A stretch of 64,000 bases of DNA from an uncultured Acidobacteriota bacterium (GTDB taxonomy: Bacteria; Acidobacteriota; Thermoanaerobaculia; UBA5066): assembly GCA_963779415.1 (NCBI GenBank), contig CAVZYA010000002.1, positions 320,001 through 384,000 on the forward strand, read 5' to 3'. The notes beneath the pieces were generated by a model. The model was not told where the DNA came from and did not search any database. It saw nothing but the letters and a program-made list of their open reading frames with translations. A program made the translations under genes and the position numbers. Each line of letters starts with the position of its first letter. Position 1 is the stretch's first letter. This document shows positions 1 through 10,297 of the stretch, piece by piece.

Positions 1-1
1 C

Positions 2-1246
2 ACCTGTCACGAGCAGAAGACGCCGGGCCTCGTGGCGCAGTGGAAGGAGTCGAAGCACCACGCGCAGGGCGTCGGATGCTGGGAATGCCACAACGCCGAC
101 CCGAAGAATCCCGCCGCCTTCAGGCACGAAGGGGCGACGATCGTCACCGTCGTCTCGCCGGACGCCTGCGCTCCCTGCCACGGCGAGATCGTCTCGGAGT
201 TCCAGGCGAGCCACCACGCGAGCGCCGCGAAGTTCATCGGGTCGCTCGACAACGTCCTCGGCGAAATCGTGGAGGGGCGCCTCGCCGCGGTGAACGGCTG
301 CTGGCAGTGTCACGGTTCGACGCTCTCGTTCCTGAAGAACGCGGACGGCTCGGTGAAGAAGAGCGCGACCGGGGCGCCGCTCCTCGACCCGACGACCTGG
401 CCGAACACCGGGATCGGCCGCGTGAACCTCGACGGAACGCGCGGCTCCTGCACGGCGTGCCACAGCCGCCACGTCTTCTCCAGGAAGATGGGGCGCCAGC
501 CGGAGGTCTGCGGCAAGTGTCACCTCGGTCCCGACCACCCGCAGGCCGAGATCTACGAGGAGAGCAAGCACGGGATCGCCTACCGGACCCGGAAGAGCGA
601 GATGAATCTCGATGCGGACAAGTGGGTCGTCGGCCGCGACTACACGGCGGCGCCCACCTGCGCGACCTGCCACATGTCCGCCACGGCGGCACTCCCCCTG
701 ACGCACGACGTCGGGGCCCGGCTCTCCTGGACCCTCCGTCCCGTCGTCTCCCAGAAGCTCGAGAACTGGGAGAAGAAGCGGGCCGACATGAAGTCCGTCT
801 GCACGGCCTGTCACGGGGCTCCCTTCGTCGACGCCTTCTACAAGACGTACGACGACACGATCGACCTCTGGAACACGAAGTTCGCGCTGCCGGCGCAGAA
901 CATCATGACCGCCCTTCGCGAGGCCGGAAAGCTCACCCCGACGCCCTTCGACGAGGAGATCGAGTGGACGTTCTACCGCCTCTGGCACCACGAGGGGCGG
1001 CGCGCGCGGATGGGAGCGTCGATGCAGGGGCCCGACTTCGTCCAGTGGCACGGCTTCTTCGAAGTGGCCGAGAACTTCTACACGAAGTTCCTGCCGCAGG
1101 CGAAGGAAGCCGCGCATGGCGACCCGAAGGTCCTCGCCGTGATCAAGGCCGTGGAGGACGCTCCGCAGCACGCCTGGCGGAAGGGGCTCTCGCCCGAGGA
1201 ACGGAAGAAGATCGACGAGTTCTACAAGCAGCGGTACGGGAACTGA
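2..1246 (+). CDS. Octaheme cytochrome c, hydroxylamine oxidoreductase (HAO)-like family; 5'-truncated by the window edge
   Basis: Frame open from base 2 (TCHEQKTPGLVAQW). Seven complete CxxCH motifs (CWECH, CAPCH, CWQCH, CTACH, CGKCH, CATCH, CTACH) plus a partial xTCH at the edge. HAO-family motifs CHLGPDHPQ.EIY.ESKHG and HHEGRRARMG. Confidence 0.85.
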   Translation, partial: TCHEQKTPGLVAQWKESKHHAQGVGCWECHNADPKNPAAFRHEGATIVTVVSPDACAPCHGEIVSEFQASHHASAAKFIGSLDNVLGEIVEGRLAAVNGCWQCHGSTLSFLKNADGSVKKSATGAPLLDPTTWPNTGIGRVNLDGTRGSCTACHSRHVFSRKMGRQPEVCGKCHLGPDHPQAEIYEESKHGIAYRTRKSEMNLDADKWVVGRDYTAAPTCATCHMSATAALPLTHDVGARLSWTLRPVVSQKLENWEKKRADMKSVCTACHGAPFVDAFYKTYDDTIDLWNTKFALPAQNIMTALREAGKLTPTPFDEEIEWTFYRLWHHEGRRARMGASMQGPDFVQWHGFFEVAENFYTKFLPQAKEAAHGDPKVLAVIKAVEDAPQHAWRKGLSPEERKKIDEFYKQRYGN

Positions 1247-1274
1247 CCCCGGCCCGGCCCGCCTCCCGACGAGT

Positions 1275-1310
1275 TGATACCGGTTCTCAGCCGGCAGGTG
1301 TAATCTCTCC
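1275..1310 (+). repeat. 36-bp direct repeat, copy 1 (contains -10-like TAATCT)
   Basis: tgataccggttctcagccggcaggtgtaatctctcc matches 4898-4933 with 2 mismatches. Confidence 0.9.
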
Positions 1311-1364
1311 TCCCTGTGATGAAAAGGCACTTCTGGCGGTCCCTCTGAACGTCTAGGTGACACC

Positions 1365-4300
1365 ATGCGCGCTGCGATTGCCGCGCTTCGTTACGCGGGA
1401 ACCCTGAGTCTTCTCGCCGCCGGTGCATCGCTCTCCCCGTCTGTTAACGCCGGACAGGGCGCCTGGACGAGCGGCGGGCCCTACGGCGGGAATATTTCCG
1501 CCTTGGCCATCGACCCCTCGAACCCCGCCACGCTCTATGCCGGCACGTCAGGTGGCCGCGTCTTCAAGAGCACCGATGGCGGGAAGAGCTGGACGTTCAA
1601 AGTCGGCCTTACACCCACTTCGGCCATACAAGCAAGTGTCCACGCCCTGGCCATCGATCCCTCGGCCCCGACCACGCTCTACGCCGCGACCGGTTACTTC
1701 GACCCGGACCATTTTCGCTTTGATGGCGGTGTCTATAAGTCCACCGATTCCGGTGGCACCTGGGTTGCCACGGGGTTGGCGGGCGAGTCCGTCGGTGCAT
1801 GTTTATTTTTTTTTTTTTATAGTTTTTTTTTATTAAGTTATTTTTTTTTTTTATTTTGTATTTTTATGTTTTTACGGTGTCTATAAGTCCACCGATTCCG
1901 GTGGCACCTGGGTTGCCACGGGGTTGGCGGGCGAGTCCGTCGGTGCTCTGGCCATCGATCCCGCGACCTCCTCTACGCTCTATGCCGGGACAGGCGGTGT
2001 CTTGAAGTCCACCGACTCCGGCGTCACCTGGGCCGCTGCAAGTACGGGACTCTCGAGCCCGCACATCAGCACTCTGGCCATCAGTCCCGTGGCTCCCGCC
2101 ACGCTCTACGCCGGGACGTCCGACGGCGGCGTCTTCAAGTCGACCGATTCCGGGGGTACCTGGGCAGCCGTAAATACGGGCCTGTTGAACCTGACCGTCT
2201 TCGCCATGGCCATCAATCCCTTGACCCCCTCGACGCTCTATGTCGGGACGACCGACGGCGGCGTCTTCAGGTCCACCGACTCCGGTGGCACCTGGGCCGC
2301 TGCGAACACGGGAATCACGAACCCGGACATCCGCGCCCTGGCCATCAGTCCCGCGGCTCCCACCACGCTCTACGCAGGAACAGCCGACGGCCCGGTCTTC
2401 AGGTCGACCGACTCCGGCGGCTCCTGGGCCGCTGCGGGATTGGCGAGCGAGACCGTCCTCGCCCTGGCCATAAATCCTTCGACCAACTCGACGCTCTATG
2501 CCGGGACATTCCGAGGCGGGGTCTTCAAGTCTACCGACTCCGGAGGCAACTGGGCAGCCGCAAGTACGGGCCTGTTGAACCTGAGCGTCCTCGCCCTGGC
2601 CGTGAATCCCGCGACTCCCTCTACGCTCTACGCCGGCGCGGCTCTTGGGGGGCTGTTCAAGTCGGCCGACTCCGGCCGTACGTGGGCTGCCGCCAATACG
2701 GGACTGTTCGATCCCTACGTCTCGGCCCTTGCCATCAATCCGACGGACCCATCTACGCTCTACGCCGGGTCGATCAACGGCCTGGTCTACAAGTCCACCG
2801 ACTCCGGGGGCAGCTGGGCTCTCACGGGTTTGCAAGGTGACTTTGATTCCGGGGATGTCTGGGCCCTGGCCATCGACCCTGCCAACCCCGCCACGCTCTA
2901 CGCCGGAACACTTTTCGGCGGGGTCGTCAAGTCCACCGACTCCGGCGGCACCTGGGCCGCCGCGCAATTGGCAACGGAGGGCGTCCTCGCCCTGGCCATC
3001 AATCCATCGACCTCCTCTACGCTCTACGCTGGGACGTACGGCGTCGGGGTCTTCAAGTCCACCGACTCCGGCGGCACCTGGGCCGCCGCGGGATTGGAAG
3101 GCCAGGCCATCCTCGCCCTGGCCGTCAATCCCGCGGACCCTTCCACGCTCTACGCCGGGGGCTGGGGCGGCGTCTTCAAGTCCACCGACGGCGGCGGCAC
3201 CTGGGCCGCCGTCAACACGGGGCTCACGAACCTGTCCGTCAGCAGCCTGGCCATCAACCCCTCCAATCCCACGACGCTGTACGCCGGGACCTACGGCGGC
3301 GGGGTCTTCAGGTCCACCGACGCCGGCGGCACCTGGGAGGCCGTCAACACCGGCTTGCCATCCCTTCCCGTCAACGCCGTGGCGCTGGACCCCACCGGGG
3401 CCACGACTCTCTACGCCGGGCTTGACGGCGGCAGCGTTTGGCAGTCGACGGCCGCGGCGCCCAGCATCACCTCCCTCCTCCCCGCAAGCGCCCATTCCCG
3501 GGGCGCCAACGGCGCCTTCTACACGACCGACGTCTCGGTTTCGAATGTGGGCGACGCGAACGCTACGTTCACCCTCAAGTTCCTCGGAAACAACCAGGAC
3601 GGATCGAGCGGCCCGGAAAAGACCTTCAATCTCGGTCCCGGCAAGTCCACGACATTCCTCGATGTCCTCGGCTCCGTCTTCAACCAGACGAGCAACTTCG
3701 GGGCCATCCGGATAACGTCGAACAGTTCGACGCTCGACATCGTCTCCGTGACGTCCACTCCCGGCTTCGGCGGAACTTTCGGCCAGACCATTCCGGCCGT
3801 CTCGGCATCGGACTTGATTCCCGCCGGCTCCTCGCGATCCATCCTCTACATCCGCGAGGGCGACGGCTTCCGTTCCAACCTCATTCTCGCGAACGGCGCC
3901 TCCGTTTCCACCAACGTCGACGTCACGCTCGTCTTGCCGGCGAGCCCTTGGGATTACGCGCGCATAGGAGCGAGCCTGGCGACGAAGACCTACTCCGTTC
4001 CGCCGAACGGAATGACGCAGATCAACCGCGTAGTCCGCGACATGGGCGCCACAGACATCGTGCACCGGCACCCGGCTCGTCGTCTCCAGCTCCACCCCGG
4101 GCGCCGCCTTCACCGCGTTCGTCTCCGTCATCGACGAGACCACCAACGATCCGACGACGGTGACCACCCAGCCGGCGGCAGTCTCCGGATCCGCGCCGTA
4201 CATCTGGCTTCTTCCCGCGAGCGCTCACTCGCCCGGCGCCAACGGTGCTTTCTACACGACGAATGTCGCGGTCGCCAACGTCGGCGCGGGGCCGCTGTCG

Positions 4301-4882
4301 TTCACCATGAAGTTTCTCGGCCACAACCAGGACGGCTCGGGCGGCCCCGAACAGACCTTCAACCTCGAGTCCGGCAAGACGGTCGCCTTTTTCGATATTC
4401 TGGGCTCTGTCTTCAGCCAGAACTCGACCTTCGGGGCCATTCGCATCACGTCGGACGCCCCGACGCTGAACGTTGTCTCCGTGACGTCCACTCCCGGGTT
4501 CGGAGGGTCTTTCGGCCAGACAGTCCCCGCCGTGCCATGGAGCGATCTGATTCCCGCAGGTTCAACGCGCTCCATCCTCCACATCCTGGAGGGCAACGGA
4601 TTCCGCTCCAACCTCATCCTCGCAAGCGGCGCCAGCGTCTCCACGACGGTCGACGCGGTTCTCGTGTCTGCCGACGGGGCAACGCTAGCCGAGAAGAGCT
4701 ACTCGGTTCCTCCCAATGGCATGACACAGGTCAACCGCGTCGTCCGCGACATGGGCGCCTCGGACATCGTGACCGGCGCCCGGCTCGTCGTCTCCAGCTC
4801 CACCCCGGGCGTCGCCTTCACCGCCATCGTCTCGGTCATCGACGAGACGACGAACGACCCCACGACGGTGGAGGCGAAATAG
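1365..4882 (+). pseudogene. Secreted Asp-box/BNR-repeat beta-propeller protein with two tandem C-terminal domains; frame broken twice (real lesions or assembly errors)
   Basis: Signal peptide-like N-terminus; 13 KSTDxGxTW Asp-box repeats plus one partial; two homologous C-terminal domains. Disrupted by a 76-bp T-rich insert with a 72-bp duplication (1727-1946) and an extra C at about 4063. Removing both gives one 1122-aa ORF joining track ORFs 1365, 1924 and 4160. Confidence 0.8.
1727..1946. repeat. Exact 72-bp duplication (1727-1798 and 1875-1946) flanking a 76-bp poly-T-rich tract
   Basis: Direct comparison of the two copies; the tract 1799-1874 is almost entirely T/A in a very GC-rich context. 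Confidence 0.9.
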
Positions 4883-4897
4883 GCCTCGGGGCGAAGC

Positions 4898-4933
4898 TGA
4901 TACCGGTTCTCAGCCGGCAGGCGTACTCTCTCC
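4898..4933 (+). repeat. 36-bp direct repeat, copy 2; putative promoter (-10 TACTCT) of the desaturase gene
   Basis: tgataccggttctcagccggcaggcgtactctctcc; TACTCT ends 8 nt before ATG 4938. Confidence 0.85.
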
Positions 4934-4937
4934 GCGC

Positions 4938-5906
4938 ATGAAAGGGGGCTTCTACTGGCGCGCGATCGGCGACCTCAAGCACCGTCTCGGCGAGGCGGTG
5001 CCTCACGAGGTCCTGAAGGCGCTTCACCGGAAGGTCCCCGCGCGGCATTTCGCCGTCTCGCTCCGGCAGCTCGTCCTCTTCGCCGGCGCCTTCGCCCTCG
5101 GGTGGCAGGTGGATGCCCTCTGGGTCCGGGTTTCCTGCGCTCTCGTCATTGGCTTCGTCGTCTTCGACGGGACCGTCCTTCTTCACGAGGTCGTCCACAA
5201 GGCGGTCTTCGACGGCGACCGGCCCCGGGCCTACCGGCTCCTCGGCCTCCTCTACGCCCTTCCTTCGGGGATCTCCCCGACGCAGTTCACCCGCTGGCAC
5301 CTCGACCACCACAACGAGCTGGGGTCGAACACCGACGATCCGAAGCGCGCCCGTCTCTCGCCGAAGAGAAACGCCCGCTGGCTGAAGCTCCTCTACGCGA
5401 CGCCCGCGCTCTTCCCGATCTATTTCCGCGCCGCGCGGGCCGAGACGGCCGCCTACCCGCCGGAAGTAGGGGCGGTGATCCGCCGGGAGCGCTTCGCCGC
5501 GATCGCCCTTCATCTCGCTGCCGCCGCGACGATCTTGTTTTTCGGGGGCTTTTCCCGCTTCCTCTGGCTCTACGCGGTCCCGGTCTTCTTCGTCTTTCCC
5601 CCCGCCTTCACCCTGAACCGTCTCGGACAGCACTACGACATCGTTCCGGGGGAGCCCGCCAAGTGGTCGACGCGGATGGCCCGGTCGCGCTTCTGGGAGT
5701 TCGTCTACCTCTGGTCGAACTACCACCTCGAGCACCACTACTTCCCCGCCGTCCCCTTCTACCGGCTGTCGGCGCTCAACGCCGCGCTCACTCCCTTCTT
5801 CGAGAAAGAAGAGATCCGCCCCCACACCTACAGGGAGCTTCTCTGGTGCTGGTTCGTCCGGAACCGCCCCCCGCACGCCGACTGGGATTCGACTCCGGCC
5901 GCGTGA
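4938..5906 (+). CDS. Membrane fatty acid desaturase family protein
   Basis: Three His boxes HEVVH, HLDHH and HLEHH; several hydrophobic segments. Confidence 0.85.
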   Translation: MKGGFYWRAIGDLKHRLGEAVPHEVLKALHRKVPARHFAVSLRQLVLFAGAFALGWQVDALWVRVSCALVIGFVVFDGTVLLHEVVHKAVFDGDRPRAYRLLGLLYALPSGISPTQFTRWHLDHHNELGSNTDDPKRARLSPKRNARWLKLLYATPALFPIYFRAARAETAAYPPEVGAVIRRERFAAIALHLAAAATILFFGGFSRFLWLYAVPVFFVFPPAFTLNRLGQHYDIVPGEPAKWSTRMARSRFWEFVYLWSNYHLEHHYFPAVPFYRLSALNAALTPFFEKEEIRPHTYRELLWCWFVRNRPPHADWDSTPAA

Positions 5907-5985
5907 TCTCCTCCTGAAACACGGTCGCAGGAAAGCCCGTAACAGGGAGACACGGCCTCGCCACGAGGCCGAGGGGAGGTGTTCG

Positions 5986-7128
5986 ATGAGGTCTTGCGTC
6001 CGTCCCGTTTTCGCCCTCGCGCTGCCGGCCCTTCTCGCGGCCGGCCCCGCCTTCGCCCAGGGGCTGGTCCTCTCGCCCTCCGGCGGTAACCAGCGCGCCA
6101 CCGTCACACAGCAGATCGGCCCCGTGAAGGTCACGATCGACTACTCCAGCCCTCGGGTGGTCCTCCGGGGGCAGGACCGGAAAGGGAAGATCTGGGGGCA
6201 GCTCGTCCCGTACGGCCTCTCCGATCTCGGCTACAACGACTGCACGGCGTGCCCGTGGCGCGCCGGGGCGAACATGAACACGACTTTCGCCGTCACCCAC
6301 GACGTCCAGGTCGAGGGGAAGACGCTCCCCGCCGGGACGTACGGCCTCCACATGATCCCCGGCGAGGCGGAGTGGACCGTCATCTTCTCGAAGGACAGCA
6401 ATTCCTGGGGGAGCTACTGGTACGACCCGAAGGAGGACGCCCTCCGGGTGACCGTCAAGCCGACGAAGTCGGAGTACCACGAGTGGCTGACGTACGAGTT
6501 CACCGATCGCGAGCCCGAGAAGGCGACCGTCGCCCTGAAGTGGGAGGAGCGGGAGGTCCCGATCCAGATCGCGGTCCCGAACGCCAAGGAGCTCTGGGTG
6601 GCCTCGCTCAGGAGCCAGCTCCGCGCCGGTCTCGGGTTCGACGGACGCTACCTTCAGGAGGCCGCCGACTGGTGCATCCAGAACAAGGTGAACCTCCCCC
6701 AGGCTCTGGTCTGGGCCGAGAAGGCGACGACTCCCGGCGTGGGCGGCTCCGAGACCTTCTCGACGCTTTCGACCGTCTGGCGCGCCCAGCTTGCGAACGG
6801 CAAGGACGCCGACGCCGCGAAGACCCTCGAGAAGGCGCTCGCGAGCCCGACCGCCACGCCGATCGCAATCCATTATCTGGGCCGCCAGCTCCAGGCCGAG
6901 GGGAAAAAGGACGAAGCGGTCCGCGTCTACCAGATGAATGCGAAGCGCTTTCCGGGGCAGTGGCCCGTGAACGTCGGCCTCATGCGCGCCTGGGCGGCGA
7001 CCGGCGACAGGAAGAAGGCGCTCGAGTACGCGAAGCTCGCCGTCGTCCAGGCCCCCGATCCGCCGAACAAGATGAACCTCGAGAAGATGGTGAAGCTCCT
7101 CGAGGAGGGAAAAGACATCCCGCAGTGA
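5986..7128 (+). CDS. DUF2911-domain exported protein with C-terminal TPR-like helices
   Basis: Signal peptide; motifs VTIDYSSP, IWGQLVPYG, WRAGAN, LPAGTYGL. Confidence 0.75.
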   Translation: MRSCVRPVFALALPALLAAGPAFAQGLVLSPSGGNQRATVTQQIGPVKVTIDYSSPRVVLRGQDRKGKIWGQLVPYGLSDLGYNDCTACPWRAGANMNTTFAVTHDVQVEGKTLPAGTYGLHMIPGEAEWTVIFSKDSNSWGSYWYDPKEDALRVTVKPTKSEYHEWLTYEFTDREPEKATVALKWEEREVPIQIAVPNAKELWVASLRSQLRAGLGFDGRYLQEAADWCIQNKVNLPQALVWAEKATTPGVGGSETFSTLSTVWRAQLANGKDADAAKTLEKALASPTATPIAIHYLGRQLQAEGKKDEAVRVYQMNAKRFPGQWPVNVGLMRAWAATGDRKKALEYAKLAVVQAPDPPNKMNLEKMVKLLEEGKDIPQ

Positions 7129-7209
7129 CCGTCCGGGGGAGCCCGGCTCGAGGGTTCCCCCGTCCTTCCCCGCGCGGAATCGGTCCCCTTCGGCTAATCT
7201 CCGCCGTCA

Positions 7210-9345
7210 ATGGCGACCGAGGCACCCGCCGAGACGGCGGAGAAGTATTTCGGCCTTTCGAAAGAGGATCTCCTTCAGGCCTTCCGGACCGTCTACACGT
7301 CGCGCCGGATCGACGACAAGGAGATCCAGCTCAAGCGGCAGAACCGGATCTTCTTCCAGATCTCCGGGGCGGGGCACGAGGCGGCTCAGGTGGCGCTCGC
7401 CCGGAGCCTCCGCCCCGGGGTCGACTGGCTCTTCGGCTACTACAGGGACCGCGCCCTTTGCCTCGCCCTCGGTGTGACGCCTTTCGACATGTTCCTCGGG
7501 GCGGTGGGTGCCGCGTCGGACCCCTCCTCGGCGGGGCGGCAGATGCCATCGCACTGGTCCTCGCCGGCGCTCCGGATCTTCACACTCTCTTCGCCCACGG
7601 GGACGGAGTGCCTCCCCGGCGTCGGCGCCGCCGAGGCCGGACGTTTCCTCGAGCGCCCCGGGTCGGCCGGCTTTGCTCCGTCGACGTCCGGCGTGGCTGC
7701 CGACGAAGTCGTCGTCGTGACGATCGGGGACGGCGCGACGTCGGAAGGCGAGTTCTGGGAGGCGCTTGACGCTGCCTGCACGAAGAAGCTCCCCGTCGTC
7801 TTCGTCGTGGAAGACAACGGCTACGCGATCTCCGTCCCGGTCGAGGTGAACACGCCGGGCGGGTCGATCTCGAAGCTCGTCCGGGGATACCCCGGCCTCT
7901 TCGTCGCCGAGACGGACGGGTGCGACTTCCTCGATTCGTACGACGCCTTCCGCTGGGCCGTCGCGTACGCGCGAGAGAGAAAGGGGCCCGCCCTCGTTCA
8001 CGCGCACGTCGTCCGTCCCTACTCCCACTCCCTCTCCGACGACGAGCGGCTCTACAAGACCGAGGCCGAGCGGAAGAAGGAAGCCGAGCGGGATCCGGTC
8101 GAGGCGCTCGCGCGGCTCCTCCGCTCGGAGGGGCTCGCCACGGAGGAGGAGCTCTCGGCCGTGAAGGCGGCCTGCGACGCGGAGGTGGACGACGCGGCCG
8201 ACCGCGCGCTCCGCGAACCGCAACCCTCCCCCGAGACGCTCTTTTCGAACGTCACCTCCGACTCCGTCGACCCGACCTCCGCCACCTTCGACACCGAGGA
8301 CCAAAAGGAGACGACGGGAAACGAGACGACGATGGTCGACCTGATCAACACCTGCCTCCGCGACGAGATGGCGCGCGACGGCCGGATCGTCGTCTTCGGC
8401 GAGGACGTGGCGGACGCCTCCCGCGAGGAGGTCCTCTCCGAGTGCAAGGGGAAGGGGGGCGTCTTCAAGGTCACCGCCGGGCTCCAGAAGCTCTACGGAG
8501 GAGCCCGCGTCTTCAACGCCCCTCTCGCCGAGGCGAGCATCGTCGGACGGTCGATCGGCTGGGCGGCACGGGGGCTGAAGCCGGTCGTCGAGATCCAGTT
8601 CTTCGACTACATCTGGCCCGCGATGCAGCAGCTCCGCGACGAGCTGGCGACGATCCGGTGGAGGTCGGCGGGGCGTTTTTCGGCTCCGGTCGTCGTCCGC
8701 TGCGCGATCGGCGGCTACCTTACGGGGGGCGGGCCGTACCACTCACAGTCGGGCGAGGTGACGTTCACCCACATCCCGGGGCTCCGGGTCGTGATGCCGT
8801 CGACCGCCCTCGACGCGTGCGGCCTCCTCAGGACCGCGATCCGGTGCGATGATCCGGTTCTCTTCCTCGAGCACAAGCACCTCTATCGCCAGACACACAA
8901 CAAGGGGACCTACCCGGGGAAGGAGTTCCTCGTCCCGTTCGGAAAGGCAAAGACCGTTCGCGCCGGGAACGCCGCGACGGTCGTGACGTACGGGGCGACG
9001 GTTTTCCGGAGCGTCACGGCGGCCAACCGCCTCGCCGACGAGACGGGGAGCGAGGTGGAGGTGATCGATCTCCGGACGCTCGCCCCGTTCGACTGGGCCT
9101 CGATCGTCGCATCGGTGAAGCGGACGAACCGTCTCCTCGTCGTCCACGAGGACTGGCTCACGCACGGCTTCGGCGCGGAGATCGCGGCGCGCGCCGCCGA
9201 CGAGCTCTTCCCCTTCCTCGACGCACCGGTCCGCCGCGTCGCGGCGAAGGACGTCTTCTGCGGCTACGCTCCGCGGCTCGAGGAGGCGACGCTCCCGCAG
9301 ACGAGCGACATTCACGACGCGCTCGCCGGCCTCCTCGCGTACTAA
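7210..9345 (+). CDS. Fused E1 alpha/beta 2-oxoacid (probably branched-chain) dehydrogenase, TPP-dependent
   Basis: [12 protein letters not shown]...[11 protein letters not shown] motif; HSLSDD loop; beta-part motifs FGEDVA, EIQFFDY, HSQS. Confidence 0.9.
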   Translation: MATEAPAETAEKYFGLSKEDLLQAFRTVYTSRRIDDKEIQLKRQNRIFFQISGAGHEAAQVALARSLRPGVDWLFGYYRDRALCLALGVTPFDMFLGAVGAASDPSSAGRQMPSHWSSPALRIFTLSSPTGTECLPGVGAAEAGRFLERPGSAGFAPSTSGVAADEVVVVTIGDGATSEGEFWEALDAACTKKLPVVFVVEDNGYAISVPVEVNTPGGSISKLVRGYPGLFVAETDGCDFLDSYDAFRWAVAYARERKGPALVHAHVVRPYSHSLSDDERLYKTEAERKKEAERDPVEALARLLRSEGLATEEELSAVKAACDAEVDDAADRALREPQPSPETLFSNVTSDSVDPTSATFDTEDQKETTGNETTMVDLINTCLRDEMARDGRIVVFGEDVADASREEVLSECKGKGGVFKVTAGLQKLYGGARVFNAPLAEASIVGRSIGWAARGLKPVVEIQFFDYIWPAMQQLRDELATIRWRSAGRFSAPVVVRCAIGGYLTGGGPYHSQSGEVTFTHIPGLRVVMPSTALDACGLLRTAIRCDDPVLFLEHKHLYRQTHNKGTYPGKEFLVPFGKAKTVRAGNAATVVTYGATVFRSVTAANRLADETGSEVEVIDLRTLAPFDWASIVASVKRTNRLLVVHEDWLTHGFGAEIAARAADELFPFLDAPVRRVAAKDVFCGYAPRLEEATLPQTSDIHDALAGLLAY

Positions 9346-9355
9346 TCTCGCGGGC

Positions 9356-10288
9356 GTGACCCGCCGCGCGGCCGCGGCCGCCCTCCTCGTTCTCGTCGCC
9401 GGCGTTTCGCTCCTCGCCGGGGCGTTTCTCGCCGACCCGATCGGCCTCGCGGGCATCCTCGGCGAGGCGGCGCTCCGGCGGGCCGGGACGCACTCGGAGA
9501 CGTTCCGGGCGCCGGACGGAACGCCTCTTCGCGTTCTCGTGGTCGGGCCCCTCTCGGCCGATCGCCCCGTCGTTCTTCTCCACGGCCTCGGCGCCGACGC
9601 GCTCTACTGGACCGGGACGATGCTCTCCCTGAGGCGCGAGGGGAGGACCGTTCTCGCGCTGGACGCCCCGGGCTCGGGCGGAAGCGCGACCCCCGCGACT
9701 CCGGAAGGGTTTTCGCTTCCGGCGCGTGTCGCCGCGGTGGAGGCGCTCGCCGTCACGCTCCGCCTCGACCGTTTCGATCTCGTCGGCCACTCCCTCGGGG
9801 GCGCGACCGCGGGGCTCTTCGCCCTCGCCCGTCCGGAGCGCGTCGGCCGACTCGTTCTCGTCGACACGGCGGGCTTCACCTCTCCGACCGATGCCGACAT
9901 GGAACGATTCCTCGCGCTCACGCGTCCGCGCGACCGGCAAGGCGCCCGCCGGCTTCTCGATCTTCTCTTCTTCGCAAAGCCGTTCCCGGCTCCCGGGGCC
10001 GTCGCGGACGCGCTCGCCCGCCGGTTCCTCACCCCGAACGTCCAGACGACGATTGCCGAGGCCGGGCGGGCGGACGTCCTCCTCGGCCGCGAGAGGGAGC
10101 TGCCGGAAGGAACGGCGCTCCTCTGGGGAGCCGAGGAGGCGCTCTTTCCCCTCGTCGACGCGGAGGCGGCCGTCACGAAGATCCGCGGCGGAACTCTCGC
10201 CGTCATCCCCGGCGCGGGGCACGACGTCCCGATCGAGAAGCCCGCGGAGTTCCTCCGCGCTCTTCTCGGCGCCCTCTCCCGCCCCTGA
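9356..10288 (+). CDS. Alpha/beta hydrolase with N-terminal membrane anchor or signal
   Basis: LLHGLG oxyanion motif, GHSLG nucleophile elbow, AGHD catalytic His. Confidence 0.85.
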   Translation: MTRRAAAAALLVLVAGVSLLAGAFLADPIGLAGILGEAALRRAGTHSETFRAPDGTPLRVLVVGPLSADRPVVLLHGLGADALYWTGTMLSLRREGRTVLALDAPGSGGSATPATPEGFSLPARVAAVEALAVTLRLDRFDLVGHSLGGATAGLFALARPERVGRLVLVDTAGFTSPTDADMERFLALTRPRDRQGARRLLDLLFFAKPFPAPGAVADALARRFLTPNVQTTIAEAGRADVLLGRERELPEGTALLWGAEEALFPLVDAEAAVTKIRGGTLAVIPGAGHDVPIEKPAEFLRALLGALSRP

Positions 10289-10297
10289 GCACGCGCC

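Noticed and set aside
1500-3450. Regular roughly 130-bp repeats that might suggest a CRISPR array
   Set aside because: They are degenerate in-frame coding repeats (Asp-box blades) without unique spacers, and no cas genes are present.
1864-4203. 779-aa minus-strand ORF and other long shadow ORFs (e.g. 21745-24132, 34110-37547, 46010-48925)
   Set aside because: Antisense or alternate-frame products of high-GC codon bias; Arg/Gly/Pro-rich, motif-free and overlapping well-supported genes.
7210-9345. Fused E1 alpha/beta as a novelty
   Set aside because: This fusion is well known in several phyla.
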